Below, one piece after another: positions 63,377 through 64,000 of a DNA stretch of 64,000 bases. Below the pieces are notes generated by a model. The model did no database searches. It saw only the letters and a program-made list of their open reading frames with translations, and was not told the origin of the DNA. The stretch's first letter is position 1. Each line of letters starts with the position of its first letter. Made by a program: the position numbers and the translations under genes. This DNA is from an uncultured delta proteobacterium (lineage in GTDB: Bacteria > Myxococcota_A > Polyangia > Fen-1088): contig CAWCMR010000015.1 of assembly GCA_963796685.1 (NCBI GenBank), forward strand, positions 160,001-224,000, read 5' to 3'.

Positions 63377-64000
63377 TCACGTCTCAAAGATGACTTGATC
63401 GAACAACCTGGCCGCATCCTCCCAACCTTCGCCCTTGCATCCGAAGTGGCCGATCACCTGCAAGCCGATTGCGTGCGCCCTGCGCGCCACGACCACAGGC
63501 AACTTGCCTTCAAGGGACGAGGCGTCCAGTCGACCCTCACCCGTGACCACTGATTCACAGCCGCGACAGGCGGCCTCGAAATCGAGCACGTCAAGGATCC
63601 GCTGGGCGCCATCCACCAACTCGGCGCCTAGCCACGCCAGCCTCGCTCCCAAACCGCCGGCCGCACCGGTTCTGGGGCCGCGGGGGAAACCGAGCGAGGC
63701 CAGCCGCTGGGTGAGCACGGGGATGTCCTCAGGTCGTGCGCCTTTCTGAGGACCGTAGATGATCGCGGCGTCGAGCAGGTCAGTGGTGACGTCGCAGAAG
63801 ACCGTTGTCGGCGGCAAGGTCAGCATGGGCCAGTCGCGTCCCCCGTCCACCGTGGCGCTGCCCCCTAACCCCAACCAGATTCGAGGTGCATCTCGATAGT
63901 GCGCCAACAAATTACCGAGTCCTCGGCTGGAAGCGACGAGCGGGTCCAACCTGTCCAACCCCGCCAGACCGATGACCTTGGCGCACTCGAGAACCACGGT
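63377..64000 (-). CDS. Glycerate kinase, 3' part (start beyond the window)
   Basis: GLGGSATVDGG, YGPQKGA, GAAGGLG and VTGEGRLD.SSLEGK. Confidence 0.9.
   Translation of the reverse strand, partial: TVVLECAKVIGLAGLDRLDPLVASSRGLGNLLAHYRDAPRIWLGLGGSATVDGGRDWPMLTLPPTTVFCDVTTDLLDAAIIYGPQKGARPEDIPVLTQRLASLGFPRGPRTGAAGGLGARLAWLGAELVDGAQRILDVLDFEAACRGCESVVTGEGRLDASSLEGKLPVVVARRAHAIGLQVIGHFGCKGEGWEDAARLFDQVIFET

Overview
GC-rich bacterial chromosome segment, most likely from a Myxococcota (Polyangia-like) organism. This is inferred from a TIGR02266-type protein, a DUF6178-like protein, Gly-rich lipoproteins and a bactofilin gene leading a split atp operon. About 1-44 kb is mostly core genome: flavodiiron protein and rubredoxin, aspA-hydF, a di-heme-type lipoprotein, a cheA(REC)-MCP/hemerythrin-cheW-cheB-cheR operon, hemY/G, alr, tex, trxA, ALDH-GMC oxidoreductase, the F1/b-subunit ATP synthase operon, ggt and an amidohydrolase. 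Two small accessory islets interrupt it: an ABC-ATPase/TOPRIM-like pair, and an NDP-sugar transferase with an IS91-like remnant and a VapC-type TA pair. tRNA-Asn(GTT) at 44158-44233 is followed by a ~16 kb defence island. It holds a 7-gene operon (DUF262-DUF1524, hsdM, yhcG-like, hsdS, hsdR, M48 peptidase, small unknown gene), a pile of truncated defence and recombinase genes, and an intact 773-aa helical-repeat + MBL-fold + Cys-rich protein, my best candidate for an undescribed defence system. Several genes carry single-base indels with no in-frame stops, probably long-read consensus errors. No CRISPR array, rRNA or reverse transcriptase was seen. All family calls come from motif recognition by eye, not database searches.
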